Part shown: piece after piece, positions 41,524 through 53,884 of the stretch
Layout of the letters: each line of letters starts with the position of its first letter
How positions within the stretch are numbered: position 1 is the stretch's first letter
DNA from: Gammaproteobacteria bacterium
Lineage (GTDB): Bacteria; Pseudomonadota; Gammaproteobacteria; Eutrophobiales; Eutrophobiaceae
Reading direction: 5' to 3'
Assembly (NCBI GenBank): GCA_947480335.1
Contig: CANKCB010000006.1
Coordinates: 13,148 to 77,147, forward strand
DNA length: 64,000 nucleotides
Notes under the pieces: generated by a model
Told to the model about the DNA's origin: nothing
The model's input: only the letters and a program-made list of their open reading frames with translations
Database searches by the model: none
Position numbers and translations under genes: made by a program

Positions 41524-41560
41524 GTGAAGGGTAAGGTGTGAGGTGAGAGGGGTAAGGTGA
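41524..41560. repeat. Member of the same CTCAC/TTACCCCTC repeat family (G-rich on plus strand)
   Basis: GTGAAGGGTAAGGTGTGAGGTGAGAGGGGTAAGGTGA between lgt and the DUF255 gene. A GCCCCGGGGC palindrome lies adjacent. Confidence 0.45.
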
Positions 41561-41621
41561 AACGTCCGCCCCGGGGCTGAATCGTGTAGAATTCACCCAT
41601 GAATACATACAAAGAGTCTCC

Positions 41622-43715
41622 ATGAACGATTCCCGAAATCCGAATCCCGATGCCAGTGTGAACGCACTGATCAACGAAACCAGTCCGTACCTGCTGCAAC
41701 ATGCACATAATCCCGTGCACTGGTATCCCTGGTCACCCGAGGCACTGGCACTGGCCAAACGTGAAAACAAGCCAATCCTGCTGTCGATCGGCTATTCCGC
41801 CTGCCACTGGTGTCATGTGATGGCGCATGAATCGTTTGAGGACGAGGACACGGCCGCCCTGATGAACCAGCATTTCATCAACATCAAGGTGGACCGCGAA
41901 GAGCGCCCGGACATCGACAAGATTTACCAGACCGCGCAATACCTGCTGACCAATCGCAGCGGTGGTTGGCCGTTGACCATGTTCCTGACCCACGACGATC
42001 AGGTGCCTTTTTTTGGCGGTACCTACTTTCCACCCGAACCGCGTTATGGCATGCCTGGCTTTAAAAATATTCTTGGCCGGGTGGTTGATTACTACACCGA
42101 TCAACAGGATGCCGTGCGCAAGCAAAATCAGGCGTTCATGCAAGCGCTGCAGCAAACCCAACGCGCTGCACCCGCAGGCAAAAAACAACCGGACCCGGCC
42201 ATCATTCTGCAAGGTGTGCACGGGCTGGCCGGAAATTTTGATGTTACTCACGGTGGTTTTGGTGGCGCACCCAAGTTTCCCCATGTGACCAATCTGGAAT
42301 TGTTGATGGCGTTCAACGAACTGGATGACACGGATACCGGTGAAACCGCGTTACAAATGAGTACGCTGACGCTGGAGAAAATGGCCAGCGGGGGAATTTA
42401 TGATCATCTGGGCGGGGGCTTTTGTCGCTATTCCGTTGATGATCAATGGACCATCCCCCATTTTGAAAAAATGCTGTACGACAATGGCCCGCTGTTGTGG
42501 ATTTATCTACAGGCCTGGCACGTTACCGGCGACCCTTCGTTTAAAACCATCGCCACCGAAACCGCTGACTGGATCCTGCGCGATATGCAAAATCCGCAAG
42601 GTGGATACTATTCCTCGCTCGATGCGGATTCAGAAGGTGTGGAAGGCAAGTTTTACGCCTGGGCACCGGATCAGGTTCAATCGCTGCTTGGCGCTGACGA
42701 ATATGCTCTGTTTGCAGCGTATTACGGACTGGAGGGGCCGCCCAACTTTGAACATCAGTGGCATTTGCGCACACGAGCGCCGTTGGCAGAGATTGCCTCC
42801 AAACAAAATCTGGCGATAACACAAGCTACCCTGCAGCTGAATACCGCCAGACACAAACTACTGGAAACCCGTCGTTTGCGCATCTGGCCCGGACGCGATG
42901 AAAAAATTCTGCCGTCCTGGAATGCCCTGGTGATCAAGGCGATGGCGTTGGCGTCCATCCGGCTTGAGCATGAGCCGTATTATCAGTCTGCCGAACAGGC
43001 GCTCGTGTTTATCCACACGCATCTGTGGCGGAATGGTCGTTTGATTGCGTGTTACAAGGACGGTAAGGGACATTTGAATGCCTATCTGGATGATTATGCA
43101 TTTTTGCTGGACGCGATCTTGACGATGCTCAGTGTGCGCTGGAACAGTCAGTGGTTTGATTTTGCGCAGCAACTGGCCGCGGTACTGATTGAGCAGTTTG
43201 AAGACAAGACAAGTGGTGGCTTCTACTTCACCTCACACGACCATGAACCGCTGTTGCAGCGCCGCCGTGACTTTGCCGACGAGGCAACACCGTCGGGCAA
43301 TGGTATTGCCGCACAGGCTTTATTACGTATTGGCTACCTGACGGGCAACCTGGACTGGATTGTTGCCTCAGAAAACACGCTTAAAGCGGCCTGGCCCTCA
43401 ATACAGCAGTTGCCGCATGCACATCCAACCTTGTTGTTGGCGCTGGCCGATTTGGCCAATCCGCCCCGCCAAATCATTATTCGAGGACTGGAGCCGGAAT
43501 TGGGACGCTGGGCGAAACGTTGTCATCAGGCAACCGGATTGCGTACGGCAATTTATGCGATTCCGACCGAAATAGTCGACTTGCCGGGTGCACTGGCTCT
43601 ACGCGCGCCTGCCACTGCAACACTGGCGTATGTTTGCGAGGGACATCAGTGCAAATTACCGGAATTTAACCTCGAAAACCTGATCTCCGACTTGAAGCCA
43701 CAAGCCCCGGGATGA
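41622..43715 (+). CDS. Thioredoxin-domain protein of the DUF255/YyaL family (N-acylglucosamine-epimerase-like C-terminal domain)
   Basis: 697 aa. N-terminus [47 protein letters not shown] is the DUF255 signature. Confidence 0.75.
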   Translation: MNDSRNPNPDASVNALINETSPYLLQHAHNPVHWYPWSPEALALAKRENKPILLSIGYSACHWCHVMAHESFEDEDTAALMNQHFINIKVDREERPDIDKIYQTAQYLLTNRSGGWPLTMFLTHDDQVPFFGGTYFPPEPRYGMPGFKNILGRVVDYYTDQQDAVRKQNQAFMQALQQTQRAAPAGKKQPDPAIILQGVHGLAGNFDVTHGGFGGAPKFPHVTNLELLMAFNELDDTDTGETALQMSTLTLEKMASGGIYDHLGGGFCRYSVDDQWTIPHFEKMLYDNGPLLWIYLQAWHVTGDPSFKTIATETADWILRDMQNPQGGYYSSLDADSEGVEGKFYAWAPDQVQSLLGADEYALFAAYYGLEGPPNFEHQWHLRTRAPLAEIASKQNLAITQATLQLNTARHKLLETRRLRIWPGRDEKILPSWNALVIKAMALASIRLEHEPYYQSAEQALVFIHTHLWRNGRLIACYKDGKGHLNAYLDDYAFLLDAILTMLSVRWNSQWFDFAQQLAAVLIEQFEDKTSGGFYFTSHDHEPLLQRRRDFADEATPSGNGIAAQALLRIGYLTGNLDWIVASENTLKAAWPSIQQLPHAHPTLLLALADLANPPRQIIIRGLEPELGRWAKRCHQATGLRTAIYAIPTEIVDLPGALALRAPATATLAYVCEGHQCKLPEFNLENLISDLKPQAPG

Positions 43716-43895
43716 CATAATAACGACCTTACCTGATGCAGGATTTCAATCTTGATTCTAAACCCGATAGCCAGTTGTTCAGACCCCGGTTTTTTATCAT
43801 AGTTTTCAATTATTTAATGGATTGAATTTATCAATTTTTCTATTGTATTGGTTATTACTATAGTAGCTCCATAGACTGATGAGACGAGTGAATAC

Positions 43896-45698
43896 ATGAC
43901 AAAGCATAAAAAATTACAGGATTGGGTCAACCAGATGACGGCACTCTGCCAGCCCGCACAGGTGGTCTGGTGTGACGGCAGTGAGCGCGAATACAGCGCG
44001 ATGTGGGACATCCTGATCAAATCCGGAACCGCCAAAAAACTGAACGAAAGCAAACGTCCCAACAGCTATCTGGTCCGCTCTGATCCGAACGATGTGGCCA
44101 GAGTAGAAGACCGTACTTTTATCTGCTCACAGAAGAAGGAAGATGCTGGCCCGACCAATAACTGGATGGACCCGGCGCAAATGCGCACCACGCTGAATGG
44201 CCTGTTCAAGGGCTGTATGCAGGGACGCACCATGTATGTGATTCCGTTCAGCATGGGTCCGATAGGCTCTCCGATTGCCCATATCGGTGTAGAGCTGACT
44301 GATTCTCCCTATGTCGTGACCAATATGCACATCATGGCCCGTGTGGGTCAGGCCGTGCTCGATTTTCTGGGTACAGACGGTGAGTTTGTCCCCTGTATGC
44401 ATTCCACCGGTATGCCGCTGACAGCAGGCACGAAGGACGTCGCCTGGCCATGTAACCCGGCCAATACCTACATCGTGCATTATCCTGAAACCCGCGAAAT
44501 CTGGTCGTTCGGTTCCGGTTATGGTGGCAATGCGTTGCTCGGCAAGAAATGTCTGGCACTGCGTATCGCTTCTGTCATGGCCAGAGATCAGGGTTGGCTG
44601 GCTGAACACATGCTGATTCTGAAAATTACCAATCCGCAGGGCAAGGTCCGTTATATCGCCGGCGCGTTCCCAAGTGCCTGCGGCAAAACTAATCTGGCAA
44701 TGCTGACACCGTCCATTCCCGGCTGGAAAGTGGAAACGGTCGGTGATGATATTTGCTGGATGAAGTTCGGTGCTGATGGCCAGCTGTATGCGATCAATCC
44801 GGAAGCCGGATTCTTTGGCGTGGCTCCGGGTACCAGCCTGGATTCAAACGCGAATGCGATCAAGACACTGTACGCAAATTGCATCTTCACCAACGTGGCA
44901 GAAACCGACGATGGCGATGTGTGGTGGGAAGACATGAGCAAGGAACCGCCTGCGCATTTGATCGACTGGAAAGGCAAGGACTGGACACCGGCTTCCGGCA
45001 CGCCAGCCGCCCATCCTAACGCCCGCTTCACCGTGGCAGCACGTCAATGCCCGGTAGTAGCCAGCGAATGGGAAGATTTAAAAGGCGTGCCTATCAGCGC
45101 CATCCTGTTTGGTGGACGTCGTGCCACCGTGGTGCCACTGGTCAATGAAGCACGTGACTGGTTACAGGGCACGTTCTTCGGTTCGATTGTGTCTTCCGAA
45201 AAAACGGCTGCGGCAACCGGCAAGATCGGTGAATTGCGCCGTGACCCGATGGCAATGTTGCCCTTCTGCGGCTACAACATGGCCTCGTACTGGCAACACT
45301 GGATCAACATTGGCAAAAAACAGGGTGCACGTTTGCCCAGAGTGTTTTATGTCAACTGGTTCCGCAAGAACGATGCGGGCAAATTCATGTGGCCCGGCTT
45401 TGGCGACAACAGCCGAGTACTGAAATGGGTATTTGAACGATGCGAAGGAACCGGAGCGGCAGTAGAAACACCGATTGGTATGTTGCCGACAATGGACGCG
45501 CTGGACTTTTCTGGTCTGAATCTGGACAAAGCGGCTATCGCCTTGTTGCTACGGGTTGAAGTAGACGGTTGGTTACAGGAAATCCCGATGATCCGTGAAT
45601 ACTACAAATCGTTCGGAGATCGTATGCCGGCTGAACTGATGAGTGAACTGGATCAGCTTGAATCCAAACTGCGCGCTGCCAAACCCGCCGCAGCCTAG
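43896..45698 (+). CDS. pckG: Phosphoenolpyruvate carboxykinase (GTP)
   Basis: 600 aa. GTP-PEPCK motifs (kinase-1a [12 protein letters not shown]-loop region) and typical N-terminus. Confidence 0.9.
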   Translation: MTKHKKLQDWVNQMTALCQPAQVVWCDGSEREYSAMWDILIKSGTAKKLNESKRPNSYLVRSDPNDVARVEDRTFICSQKKEDAGPTNNWMDPAQMRTTLNGLFKGCMQGRTMYVIPFSMGPIGSPIAHIGVELTDSPYVVTNMHIMARVGQAVLDFLGTDGEFVPCMHSTGMPLTAGTKDVAWPCNPANTYIVHYPETREIWSFGSGYGGNALLGKKCLALRIASVMARDQGWLAEHMLILKITNPQGKVRYIAGAFPSACGKTNLAMLTPSIPGWKVETVGDDICWMKFGADGQLYAINPEAGFFGVAPGTSLDSNANAIKTLYANCIFTNVAETDDGDVWWEDMSKEPPAHLIDWKGKDWTPASGTPAAHPNARFTVAARQCPVVASEWEDLKGVPISAILFGGRRATVVPLVNEARDWLQGTFFGSIVSSEKTAAATGKIGELRRDPMAMLPFCGYNMASYWQHWINIGKKQGARLPRVFYVNWFRKNDAGKFMWPGFGDNSRVLKWVFERCEGTGAAVETPIGMLPTMDALDFSGLNLDKAAIALLLRVEVDGWLQEIPMIREYYKSFGDRMPAELMSELDQLESKLRAAKPAAA

Positions 45699-45720
45699 TC
45701 AGTTAATTGCGAGGGGCAGG

Positions 45721-45792
45721 ATTAACGTCCTGCCTCTCCACCTTACTCCTCACCCCTCGCTCCTCACTCCTCACCCCGTAAGGTATCTATAC
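45721..45792. repeat. Member of the same C/T-rich repeat family, preceded by a hairpin
   Basis: CCTGCCTCTCCACCTTACTCCTCACCCCTCGCTCCTCACTCCTCACCCC between convergent pckG and pgi. Hairpin GAGGGGCAGGA-TTAACG-TCCTGCCTCTC at 45704-45730. Confidence 0.5.
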
Positions 45793-45794
45793 CC

Positions 45795-47438
45795 CTACGA
45801 TCTATTTCCGTTTACCTTTCGATACAGGCTGATTAATGCCTCGGTAGACGCATCAAACCGGTCAGCGTAGTCATCTTCGGTCAGGCGGCTGTAGATTCGG
45901 TTGCCGATGACCTTGCCCAGTTCAACGCCGTATTGATCAAACGCATTGATGTTCCAGATCACGCTTTGCACGTAGACCTTGTGTTCATATAGCGCAATCA
46001 GCGCACCGAGCGATTCAGGCGTGACTTGTTCCATCACGATCATATTGCTAGGGCGATTACCGGGCATCTGCATATGCTCGGCCAGTTCAGCGGCCCTGGC
46101 CAGCTTCTGGCCCGCAACAATTAAATCTGCCTGGGCCTGCTCGCGGGTTTTACCGGTCATCAATACGTTCGATTGAGCCAGACAATTGGCGACCAGATAC
46201 GGATGGTGGCTGTCATTCGCCGAATCCGGTGTCAGCGCCAGAATAAAATCGGTCGGGATAAATTGTGTCCCCTGATGCAACATCTGGTGAAACGAATGCT
46301 GACCGTTGGTTTCTACCGTTCCCCACAATACGCTTGCCGTCTGGTAATCCACCGGACGGTTGTCGATACGAATCGATTTGCCGTTGCTTTCCATGTCCAG
46401 CTGTTGCAGGAATTCCTGCAGGTAACGCAGATGATGTATATACGTCAAGACAGCCAGCGTACGGGTGTCCCAGAAATTGATATACCAGATTCCGAGCAGT
46501 CCCAGTAATACTGGCAAGTTTTGCAAAAACGGAGTGGTCAAAAAATGCTGATCCATTCTCGACGCGCCACGACGCAAGCGGTTGAAGTTGTCCATACCAA
46601 TACTGAACGCAATCGGCAGACCAATCGCTGACCAGAGCGAATAACGACCCCCGACCCAGTCCCACATCGGCAGGATGTTCTGCCGTGACACACCGAATTT
46701 TACCGCCTTGTCCGGACGCGACGTGACCGCGATAAAATGACGACCAAAATCCGCTTCCGTTTTGGCAATGCTGGCAGTCCACTCTCTGGCCGTTTTCGCA
46801 TTCTGCAGTGTTTCCTGCGTCGTGAAAGATTTCGAGGCGATGATGAATAATGTCGTGTCCGGCAACAATGCGCTGAGCACGCTGGACAAGTCTTCACTGT
46901 CAATATTGGAAACGAAATGACAGTTTACGGAACCATCATTAAATGCAGCCAGCGCCTCGGTGGCGAACATGGGCCCCAGATGTGAACCACCAATACCCAG
47001 ATTGACAATATCGGTGATCGCCTTGCCGGTACATCCTTTCCACTCACCGGAATGGACCTGCTCTACCAGTGATTTCATCTGCGCCATCACAGCTTCGATT
47101 TCTGCCAGATGGGGTGAACGCCCGGTAAAATCCCGCAAGGCTGTATGCAGTGCCGGACGGTCTTCCGTCGTGTTGACATGCGCACCGCTAAACAATGCCG
47201 CGATTTTGTCCTGCAGCCCGCTGCTTCTGGCTGCACCAGTCAACAGATCCAGCGTTGTAGAATTGATCAGGTTTTTGGAATAATCCAGCGTCAGTCCTGC
47301 GGCACTCGCGTGCATACGGGCATAGCGATCTGTATCTTGCGCAAACAGCTCGGATAGACTGGTCTGTTGTAACAGATCGCGCTGTCTGGCCAGTTCCTGC
47401 CAGATGGCAGAATCGTTTGGTTTAAACGGATTACTCAT
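45795..47438 (-). CDS. pgi: Glucose-6-phosphate isomerase
   Basis: 547 aa with PGI family signatures (..GGRYSLWSAIG..). Confidence 0.9.
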   Translation of the reverse strand: MSNPFKPNDSAIWQELARQRDLLQQTSLSELFAQDTDRYARMHASAAGLTLDYSKNLINSTTLDLLTGAARSSGLQDKIAALFSGAHVNTTEDRPALHTALRDFTGRSPHLAEIEAVMAQMKSLVEQVHSGEWKGCTGKAITDIVNLGIGGSHLGPMFATEALAAFNDGSVNCHFVSNIDSEDLSSVLSALLPDTTLFIIASKSFTTQETLQNAKTAREWTASIAKTEADFGRHFIAVTSRPDKAVKFGVSRQNILPMWDWVGGRYSLWSAIGLPIAFSIGMDNFNRLRRGASRMDQHFLTTPFLQNLPVLLGLLGIWYINFWDTRTLAVLTYIHHLRYLQEFLQQLDMESNGKSIRIDNRPVDYQTASVLWGTVETNGQHSFHQMLHQGTQFIPTDFILALTPDSANDSHHPYLVANCLAQSNVLMTGKTREQAQADLIVAGQKLARAAELAEHMQMPGNRPSNMIVMEQVTPESLGALIALYEHKVYVQSVIWNINAFDQYGVELGKVIGNRIYSRLTEDDYADRFDASTEALISLYRKVNGNRS

Positions 47439-47440
47439 TA

Positions 47441-48373
47441 TCAGAGGGAATAGCCAAACTCTCTGGTGAACCTTGCTTTAAAGGTGTCCAGGGTATATTT
47501 GTGATTCTGGGTTCCGGGATGTTCAATCTTGGTCGAACCCATCAACGAAGCAATGCGTCCGGTTGTATCCCAGTCCATATTATTCATCAGACCATAGAGT
47601 AAGCCGGCGCGAAACGCATCACCGCATCCGGTTGGATCGGCAATCGTGACCGGCTTCACTGCCGGAATATCATAGCGCTTGTTTCGGGTATAGATGACCG
47701 AACCATCCGCGCCACGAGTAATGATCAAGGCCTTAACCCGTTCGGTGACTTCGTGCGGCGACAAATTGGTACGCTGTTGCATCATTTGCCACTCGTAATC
47801 ATTGACGCTGAGCCAACTGGCCTGATCGATGAATTTAATCAAATCATCGCCATCAAACATGGGCATACCCTGACCCGGATCAAAAATAAACGGGATGTCC
47901 GCTTCTGCAAACTGTATGGCGTGCTCGATCATGCCATCACGTCCATCAGGAGAAATAATACCCAGCGTAATGCCTTTTGCATCCGTCACTTTATTCTGGT
48001 GTGAATAGGACATCGCGCCCGGGTGAAATGCGGTGATCTGGTTGTCGTCCAGATCGGTGGTAATAAATGCCTGTCCGGTGAACACATCCGGAATGACTTT
48101 CACATGTGCACGGGAAATGCCGTTGCTGTCCATCCAGTCTGCATACACACCAAAATCATTACCTACGGTTCCCATCGGCAAACCCTTACCCTGTAACAGA
48201 TGCAGGTTATAGGCAATGTTGCCGGCACAACCACCAAACTCGCGCCGCATTTGTGGAACCATGAAGGACACATTCAACATATGGACCTTCTCCGGAAGGA
48301 TATGGTTTTTAAAATGGTCCGGGAAAACCATGATATGGTCATAGGCAAAGGATCCGCAGATCAGCGCTGTCAT
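47441..48373 (-). CDS. PfkB-family carbohydrate/nucleoside kinase (possible adenosine kinase)
   Basis: Ribokinase-like fold with C-terminal DPTGCGDAF motif. Start at MTALICG (ATG 48373, GGAG Shine-Dalgarno). Confidence 0.7.
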   Translation of the reverse strand: MTALICGSFAYDHIMVFPDHFKNHILPEKVHMLNVSFMVPQMRREFGGCAGNIAYNLHLLQGKGLPMGTVGNDFGVYADWMDSNGISRAHVKVIPDVFTGQAFITTDLDDNQITAFHPGAMSYSHQNKVTDAKGITLGIISPDGRDGMIEHAIQFAEADIPFIFDPGQGMPMFDGDDLIKFIDQASWLSVNDYEWQMMQQRTNLSPHEVTERVKALIITRGADGSVIYTRNKRYDIPAVKPVTIADPTGCGDAFRAGLLYGLMNNMDWDTTGRIASLMGSTKIEHPGTQNHKYTLDTFKARFTREFGYSL

Positions 48374-48464
48374 GTAACTGTTACTCCGTGTGTTATTATT
48401 GATTTTTTTTCGGGATATTATCTTACCTGTGTTCATCGCAGGCCGATACCATCCTGTTTAATGA

Positions 48465-51350
48465 TTAGTCCTGATTTACCAGTGCCAGCTTCTTCGCCGC
48501 TTTTTTAACGGGTTTATCTGTGCTGTATTGTTGCAGTACCCTGGCAAGAAACTGACCGGTATAGGAGCGGGTGTTGGCAGCTACAGTTTCAGGCGTGCCG
48601 ATAGCGATCACTTCACCACCCTTGTCGCCGCCTTCCGGCCCCAGATCAATGATCCAGTCGGCCGTTTTAATCACGTCCAGATTGTGCTCTATCACCACAA
48701 TCGTGTTTCCATGATCGCGTAATCGATGCAGTACCTGCAACAACTGGTTGATGTCATGAAAATGCAGTCCAGTAGTAGGTTCATCGAGTATATATAATGT
48801 CTGACCGGTATCACGCTTGGAAAGCTCACGCGATAACTTGATACGTTGGGCCTCGCCTCCGGACAGTGTCGTCGCATTCTGGCCCAGGCGGATGTAGGAC
48901 AATCCCACGTCCAGCAGTGTTTGCAATTTTCTGGCAATCGACGGCACCGCATCGAAAAACTGACGCGCATCCTCTACCGTCATTTCCAGAATTTCATGAA
49001 TGTTCTTGCCCTTGTAGCGGATATCCAATGTCTCGCGATTGTAGCGTTTGCCCTTGCACACATCACAAACCACATAGATGTCTGGTAGAAAATGCATTTC
49101 AACCTTGATCAGGCCATCGCCCTGACAGGCTTCACAACGTCCGCCCTTCACATTGAAACTGAAGCGTCCCGGATTATAGCCACGCGAACGGGCTTCCTGG
49201 GTGGCGGCAAACATATCGCGTATCGGTGTGAACAAACCAGTGTAAGTCGCCGGATTCGAACGCGGTGTCCTGCCGATTGGGCTCTGGTCGATGTCGACAA
49301 TTTTGTCCATCTGTTCCAGACCACGGATGGTTTTGTGTGCGGACGGACTCAGATTACTGCCGTTGAGTTCACGCGCAACCGCACGATAAAGCGTGTCATT
49401 GATCAATGTGGATTTACCGGAACCGGACACACCAGTAATACAGGTCATCAGCCCAACCGGTATTTCGATGGAAATATCTTTCAGGTTATTCCCGGTGGCA
49501 CCGATGATTTCCAGCATCTGCTTGCGGTTAAACGGTGTACGCACATCCGGTATCTCAATACGGTTACGTCCAGACAGGTATCTGCCAGTCAACGATTCCG
49601 GATGGCGACAGATCGCGGCCGGCGTACCTTGTACCACAACCTTGCCACCGTGTACGCCTGCACCCGGGCCCATATCAATCACGTGATCGGCCGCATTGAT
49701 CGCTTCTTCATCGTGTTCGACCACAATGACCGAGTTACCCATGTCACGCAGGCGCTTTAACGTATCCAGCAAGCGACTGTTATCACGTTGATGCAAACCA
49801 ATCGACGGCTCATCCAGCACATACATCACTCCGACAAGACCTGCACCAATCTGGCTTGCCAGACGAATACGTTGGGCTTCACCACCGGACAAGGTTTCAG
49901 CACTGCGATTTAATGTCAGATAATCCAGACCGACATTGACGAGAAACAACAATCGCTCCCGTACTTCCTTCAGTATCTTGTCGGCAATCTCACCGCGTTT
50001 ACCCGGTAGTTTAAATGCCGTGAAGTAATCATGTATCTGGGTAATTGGCATGGCCGTCAGTGCCGGCAGCGATTTGTCACGGATAAACACATTCCTGGCT
50101 GCCAGATTCAGCCGCGTGCCTTCACAATCCGGACAGGGTTTGCTGCTTCGGTATTTAAGCAACTCTTCCCTGACCATAATCGAGTCCGTTTCACGGAAAC
50201 GGCGCTCCATGTTCGGGATAATGCCTTCAAAGCTGTGTTTACGTTTTACATGGCCCTTGCCACCACTAATATACCGGAACTCAATCTGTTCATCCTTGCT
50301 GCCAAACAGGATGATTTTCTGTATGCGCTTGGGTATGTCCTTGAACTTGCAATCGATATCAAATTCATAATGACTGGCCAACCCTTTAATGAGCTGGAAG
50401 TAGTAAGCATTGCGGCGGTCCCAACCGCGTACCGCACCACCGGGTAGACTCAGCTCTGGTTCCTGCACGACCAGATCCGGATCAAAAAACTGGATCACAC
50501 CCAACCCATCACATTTTGGACAAGCCCCTGTCGGATTATTAAAGGAAAAGAGTCTGGGTTCCAGTTCGCTCAGGCTGTATCCACAGTGTGAGCAGGCAAA
50601 ACGGGCAGAGTAGATAATGTCGGCCTGGGCAGGATTATCCATCGAGGCAATAATAGCCAGTCCACCGGACAACCGGGTGGCTGTTTCCACCGATTCGGCC
50701 AGTCGCAGACTGATATCCTCCCGAACCTTGAACCGATCGACTACCACTTCAATCGTGTGTTTTTTGTGTAGTTCCAGTTCCGGAACCTGATCCAGTTCAA
50801 TAACCTTGCCATTGATACGGGCGCGGATAAATCCTTCACTGCGCAGTCTGTCGAGCAGTTGCAAATGTTCACCCTTGCGCTCCTGGATCACCGGCGCCAG
50901 TAACATCAGCCGTTCTTCGCCGGGTATAGCCATAATCAGGTCCACCATCTGGCTGATCGTCTGTGCTTCCAGCACGATACCGTGCTCCGGGCAACGTGGC
51001 TCCCCTACTCTGGCGTACAGCAAGCGTAAATAATCGTAGATTTCCGTGATCGTGCCAACCGTGGAACGCGGATTATGCGAGGTGGACTTCTGTTCAATGG
51101 AAATGGCGGGGGACAGGCCGTCAATATGGTCCACATCCGGTTTTTCCATCATCGACAGGAACTGTCTGGCATAGGCGGACAAGGACTCCACATAACGCCT
51201 TTGCCCTTCGGCATAAATGGTATCAAACGCCAGAGAGGACTTGCCAGAACCGGATAAACCGGTGATTACGACCAGTTTGTCGCGTGGCACATCTACATCA
51301 ATGTTCTTGAGATTATGCGTCCTTGCGCCACGTATATGTATCGTATCCAT
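48465..51350 (-). CDS. uvrA: Excinuclease ABC subunit A
   Basis: 961 aa. [53 protein letters not shown]..., two ABC modules and zinc fingers. Divergent from ssb. Confidence 0.95.
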   Translation of the reverse strand: MDTIHIRGARTHNLKNIDVDVPRDKLVVITGLSGSGKSSLAFDTIYAEGQRRYVESLSAYARQFLSMMEKPDVDHIDGLSPAISIEQKSTSHNPRSTVGTITEIYDYLRLLYARVGEPRCPEHGIVLEAQTISQMVDLIMAIPGEERLMLLAPVIQERKGEHLQLLDRLRSEGFIRARINGKVIELDQVPELELHKKHTIEVVVDRFKVREDISLRLAESVETATRLSGGLAIIASMDNPAQADIIYSARFACSHCGYSLSELEPRLFSFNNPTGACPKCDGLGVIQFFDPDLVVQEPELSLPGGAVRGWDRRNAYYFQLIKGLASHYEFDIDCKFKDIPKRIQKIILFGSKDEQIEFRYISGGKGHVKRKHSFEGIIPNMERRFRETDSIMVREELLKYRSSKPCPDCEGTRLNLAARNVFIRDKSLPALTAMPITQIHDYFTAFKLPGKRGEIADKILKEVRERLLFLVNVGLDYLTLNRSAETLSGGEAQRIRLASQIGAGLVGVMYVLDEPSIGLHQRDNSRLLDTLKRLRDMGNSVIVVEHDEEAINAADHVIDMGPGAGVHGGKVVVQGTPAAICRHPESLTGRYLSGRNRIEIPDVRTPFNRKQMLEIIGATGNNLKDISIEIPVGLMTCITGVSGSGKSTLINDTLYRAVARELNGSNLSPSAHKTIRGLEQMDKIVDIDQSPIGRTPRSNPATYTGLFTPIRDMFAATQEARSRGYNPGRFSFNVKGGRCEACQGDGLIKVEMHFLPDIYVVCDVCKGKRYNRETLDIRYKGKNIHEILEMTVEDARQFFDAVPSIARKLQTLLDVGLSYIRLGQNATTLSGGEAQRIKLSRELSKRDTGQTLYILDEPTTGLHFHDINQLLQVLHRLRDHGNTIVVIEHNLDVIKTADWIIDLGPEGGDKGGEVIAIGTPETVAANTRSYTGQFLARVLQQYSTDKPVKKAAKKLALVNQD

Positions 51351-51451
51351 TAAACCTTTTCGCCAACTGAAATAAACTGCTAATATTAAATCGATTCTCT
51401 CATGTTACGCAAAAGAGAGTTTGATAATTTACACAGGAAAAGGAGAAAACC

Positions 51452-51925
51452 ATGGCAAGAGGCATAAACAAAGTCATTCTGGTAGGAAACCTGGGAAATG
51501 ACCCGGATGTGCGATACACCGCAGGAGGCGCAGCCATTAGTAATATCAGCATTGCGACCAGTGAATCCTGGAAGGACAAGGAATCCGGCGAAATGCAGGA
51601 GAAAACCGAATGGCACCGGGTGGTATTTTTTGGAAAACTGGCTGAAATTGTCGCCGAGTATCTGAAAAAAGGTTCACAGGTATACGTAGAGGGCAGACTG
51701 CAAACACGTAAATGGCAGGACAAGGAAGGTAATGACAAATATACGACCGAAATTGTCGCCAATGAAATGCAGATGCTGGGCGGCAAGCCCGGCGGCGGTG
51801 GGGGTAATTATGACAAGTCCTCCGCGCCACCCTCCGAATCCGGCAGTTCACGCCCCGGCAAGGCCGCTTCAGCACCCCGTCCGGCGGCGGACGAAAACTT
51901 CGTCGACGACGATATTCCTTTCTAG
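51452..51925 (+). CDS. ssb: Single-stranded DNA-binding protein
   Basis: [23 protein letters not shown]... OB fold, Gly-rich tail, C-terminal DDDIPF. Confidence 0.9.
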   Translation: MARGINKVILVGNLGNDPDVRYTAGGAAISNISIATSESWKDKESGEMQEKTEWHRVVFFGKLAEIVAEYLKKGSQVYVEGRLQTRKWQDKEGNDKYTTEIVANEMQMLGGKPGGGGGNYDKSSAPPSESGSSRPGKAASAPRPAADENFVDDDIPF

Positions 51926-51934
51926 CTAATTGTT

Positions 51935-51963
51935 CCGGGACGGACTTATGTCCGTCCCGGTTT
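51935..51963. terminator. Bidirectional terminator between ssb and MFS gene
   Basis: Perfect 11-bp stem CCGGGACGGAC-TTAT-GTCCGTCCCGG followed by TTTT. Confidence 0.65.
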
Positions 51964-53268
51964 TCTGAGCAAGTCTGAAAACCTCTGCATATACTCCGGG
52001 AATTTTATAAAAATTATGCTTGTAATAATCAGATTGAGCACGCCGAGGACCAGATAAATCTGCGGTATGGTCAATGCCAGTTTAATCAGCACGATTACCA
52101 GCAGTGCAGATGCCACCATAAATATCGCATTAAGTATATTGTTCGCGGCAATGATACGTGCCTGATACTCCGGACTGGATCGATGCTGCACCATTGCATA
52201 TAACGGCACAATATAAATACCGCCAAAAAAACCGATTGCTGTCAGTGCAAACAGAATACGCCAGTGCACAAAATAGGTGAGAAACTCGGACGCTCCCATT
52301 GCGACAGCGCCCTGATGCACGTGCGGCGTTCCAGTGATAAACAAATCGATGGCAAACAGGGTGAGTCCCAATGCACCTATCGGCACCAGACCTGGCTCAA
52401 TGCCTCCTTTCGATAATCGTTCACACAACAGTGACCCTGCACCTATACCAAGAGAGAATGCAGTCAGCAAGATAGTAGCCACCCGTTCATCCCCCATCAG
52501 CACATCACGGGTGTAGGTTGGCACCAGCGACAGATAGGTTGCGCCCAGAAACCAGAACCAGGAAACCGCAATGATGGCGATAAACACATTTTTGTCCGCG
52601 CAGGAATAACGAAGGATATGCCAGGTCTGTCTGGCCATATTCCAGTCTATTCGTATGCAGTCATCGGAAGCCGGTGCCAAGGGAATATACCAGCTGGCAA
52701 TCCAGGCAGCAGCAGCAACCGTCACAGCGAGTAATGAAACCAGATAGATACCATACCCATCAATTGCGACCAGCATGCCACCAATAATGGTACCGATCAG
52801 GATAGCGAGAAACGTACCCATCTGAATCATCCCGTTGCCCCCGGTTAACTCCTCCACACGCAAATGCTGCGGCAGTATCGCGTATTTGAGCGGTCCGAAA
52901 AAGGCCGACTGGATTCCAGTGAGAAACAGTACTGTCATTAATATGACCACACTCTGTGAAATGAACCCGGTTAACGCGAACGCCATGATCATCACTTCGG
53001 AAAAGGTAATCCGGCGGATCAAGTACGACTTCTCGTATTTATCCGCCACCTGTCCTGCTGTCGCGGAAACCAGAAAGTACGGCAGGATAAATACACCGCC
53101 GGACAGGGCAACCAGAATACTGCTGTTAACAGCCAGTGTGTCGGAGAGTGTAAAGGTAATAAAGATTATGAGCGCATTTTTGAAAATATTGTCTTCCATG
53201 GCGCCCAGAAACTGCACACAGAAAAGTGGCAGAAACCGCCTGCTCTTCATCAAGGTATATTGGCTCAT
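51946..53268 (-). CDS. MFS transporter (LplT-like lysophospholipid transporter family)
   Basis: 440 aa with 12 TM helices. The N-terminal region RFLPLFCVQFLGAMEDNIFKNAL resembles LplT. Confidence 0.6.
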   Translation of the reverse strand: MSQYTLMKSRRFLPLFCVQFLGAMEDNIFKNALIIFITFTLSDTLAVNSSILVALSGGVFILPYFLVSATAGQVADKYEKSYLIRRITFSEVMIMAFALTGFISQSVVILMTVLFLTGIQSAFFGPLKYAILPQHLRVEELTGGNGMIQMGTFLAILIGTIIGGMLVAIDGYGIYLVSLLAVTVAAAAWIASWYIPLAPASDDCIRIDWNMARQTWHILRYSCADKNVFIAIIAVSWFWFLGATYLSLVPTYTRDVLMGDERVATILLTAFSLGIGAGSLLCERLSKGGIEPGLVPIGALGLTLFAIDLFITGTPHVHQGAVAMGASEFLTYFVHWRILFALTAIGFFGGIYIVPLYAMVQHRSSPEYQARIIAANNILNAIFMVASALLVIVLIKLALTIPQIYLVLGVLNLIITSIIFIKFPEYMQRFSDLLRKPGRT

Positions 53269-53343
53269 GGACTTGTCAATTCTTTAATGCCATATTGATC
53301 GGTATAGCCATTTCATCAGGTCATTGGTTCGGGAGAAATCAAT

Positions 53344-53875
53344 ATGCCGATTGTGTCACAAATCAACCTGTTAAAGAAACGTCGTACCAAAATTGTGGCC
53401 ACACTGGGGCCGGCTTCATCAACACCGGAAATCATCACACAACTGGTGCTATCCGGCGTCAATGTGTTTCGTCTGAATATGTCACACGGCGACCATGATT
53501 TTCATCGCAAAAGTTACAAGCATATCCGTTCGATAGCTGAAACTACCGGCCTGCCAATCGCTATACTCGCCGATTTATGCGGCCAGTTGCTGTGCCCAGT
53601 TTACCGCACTGCTAGGCGGGCCTGAAATCGACGTGCCGGCTGGCTATAACCAGATTGTGTACGAACCAAAATATCCGCTTAGCAAGGACAAGAAGCGGTA
53701 TATCACCGTTACCGGCACTGAAAAATCCATGCTGCCAGTACCCATGCCTGTCAGCATGATGATCTGGAGTGGACCGGGTTCTGATGCTGACGTAATCAAG
53801 ATTGGTTCTGCTTATGAGGCGGCCACCAAACATCGTATACCGCCACCGGACTTCGGACCACTGGCAACAGAATAA
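53344..53875 (+). pseudogene. pyk: Pyruvate kinase remnant (N-terminal ~75 aa intact, then frameshift and unrelated sequence)
   Basis: RRTKIVATLGPASSTPEIITQLVLSGVNVFRLNMSHGDHDFHRKSYKHIRSIAETTGLPIAILADL matches the Pyk N-terminus. The next frame gives GGPEI... and then shows no Pyk similarity. Total coding potential is under 180 aa versus about 480 expected. Confidence 0.6.
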
Positions 53876-53884
53876 TCGATAGGT

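Noticed and set aside
49092-49760. 222-aa ORF antisense within uvrA (and several others, 48528-51257)
   Set aside because: uvrA is unambiguous. The antisense ORFs are His/Arg/Thr-rich translation artefacts.
51351-51451. Expected LexA (SOS) box between divergent uvrA and ssb
   Set aside because: No CTGT-N8-ACAG palindrome is present. Only partial CTG...CAG fragments occur, so no SOS box is called.
53633-53875. 80-aa ORF called as an independent gene
   Set aside because: Its frame carries the GPEI continuation of the decayed pyruvate kinase. It is better explained as the out-of-frame tail of the pyk pseudogene than as a new gene.
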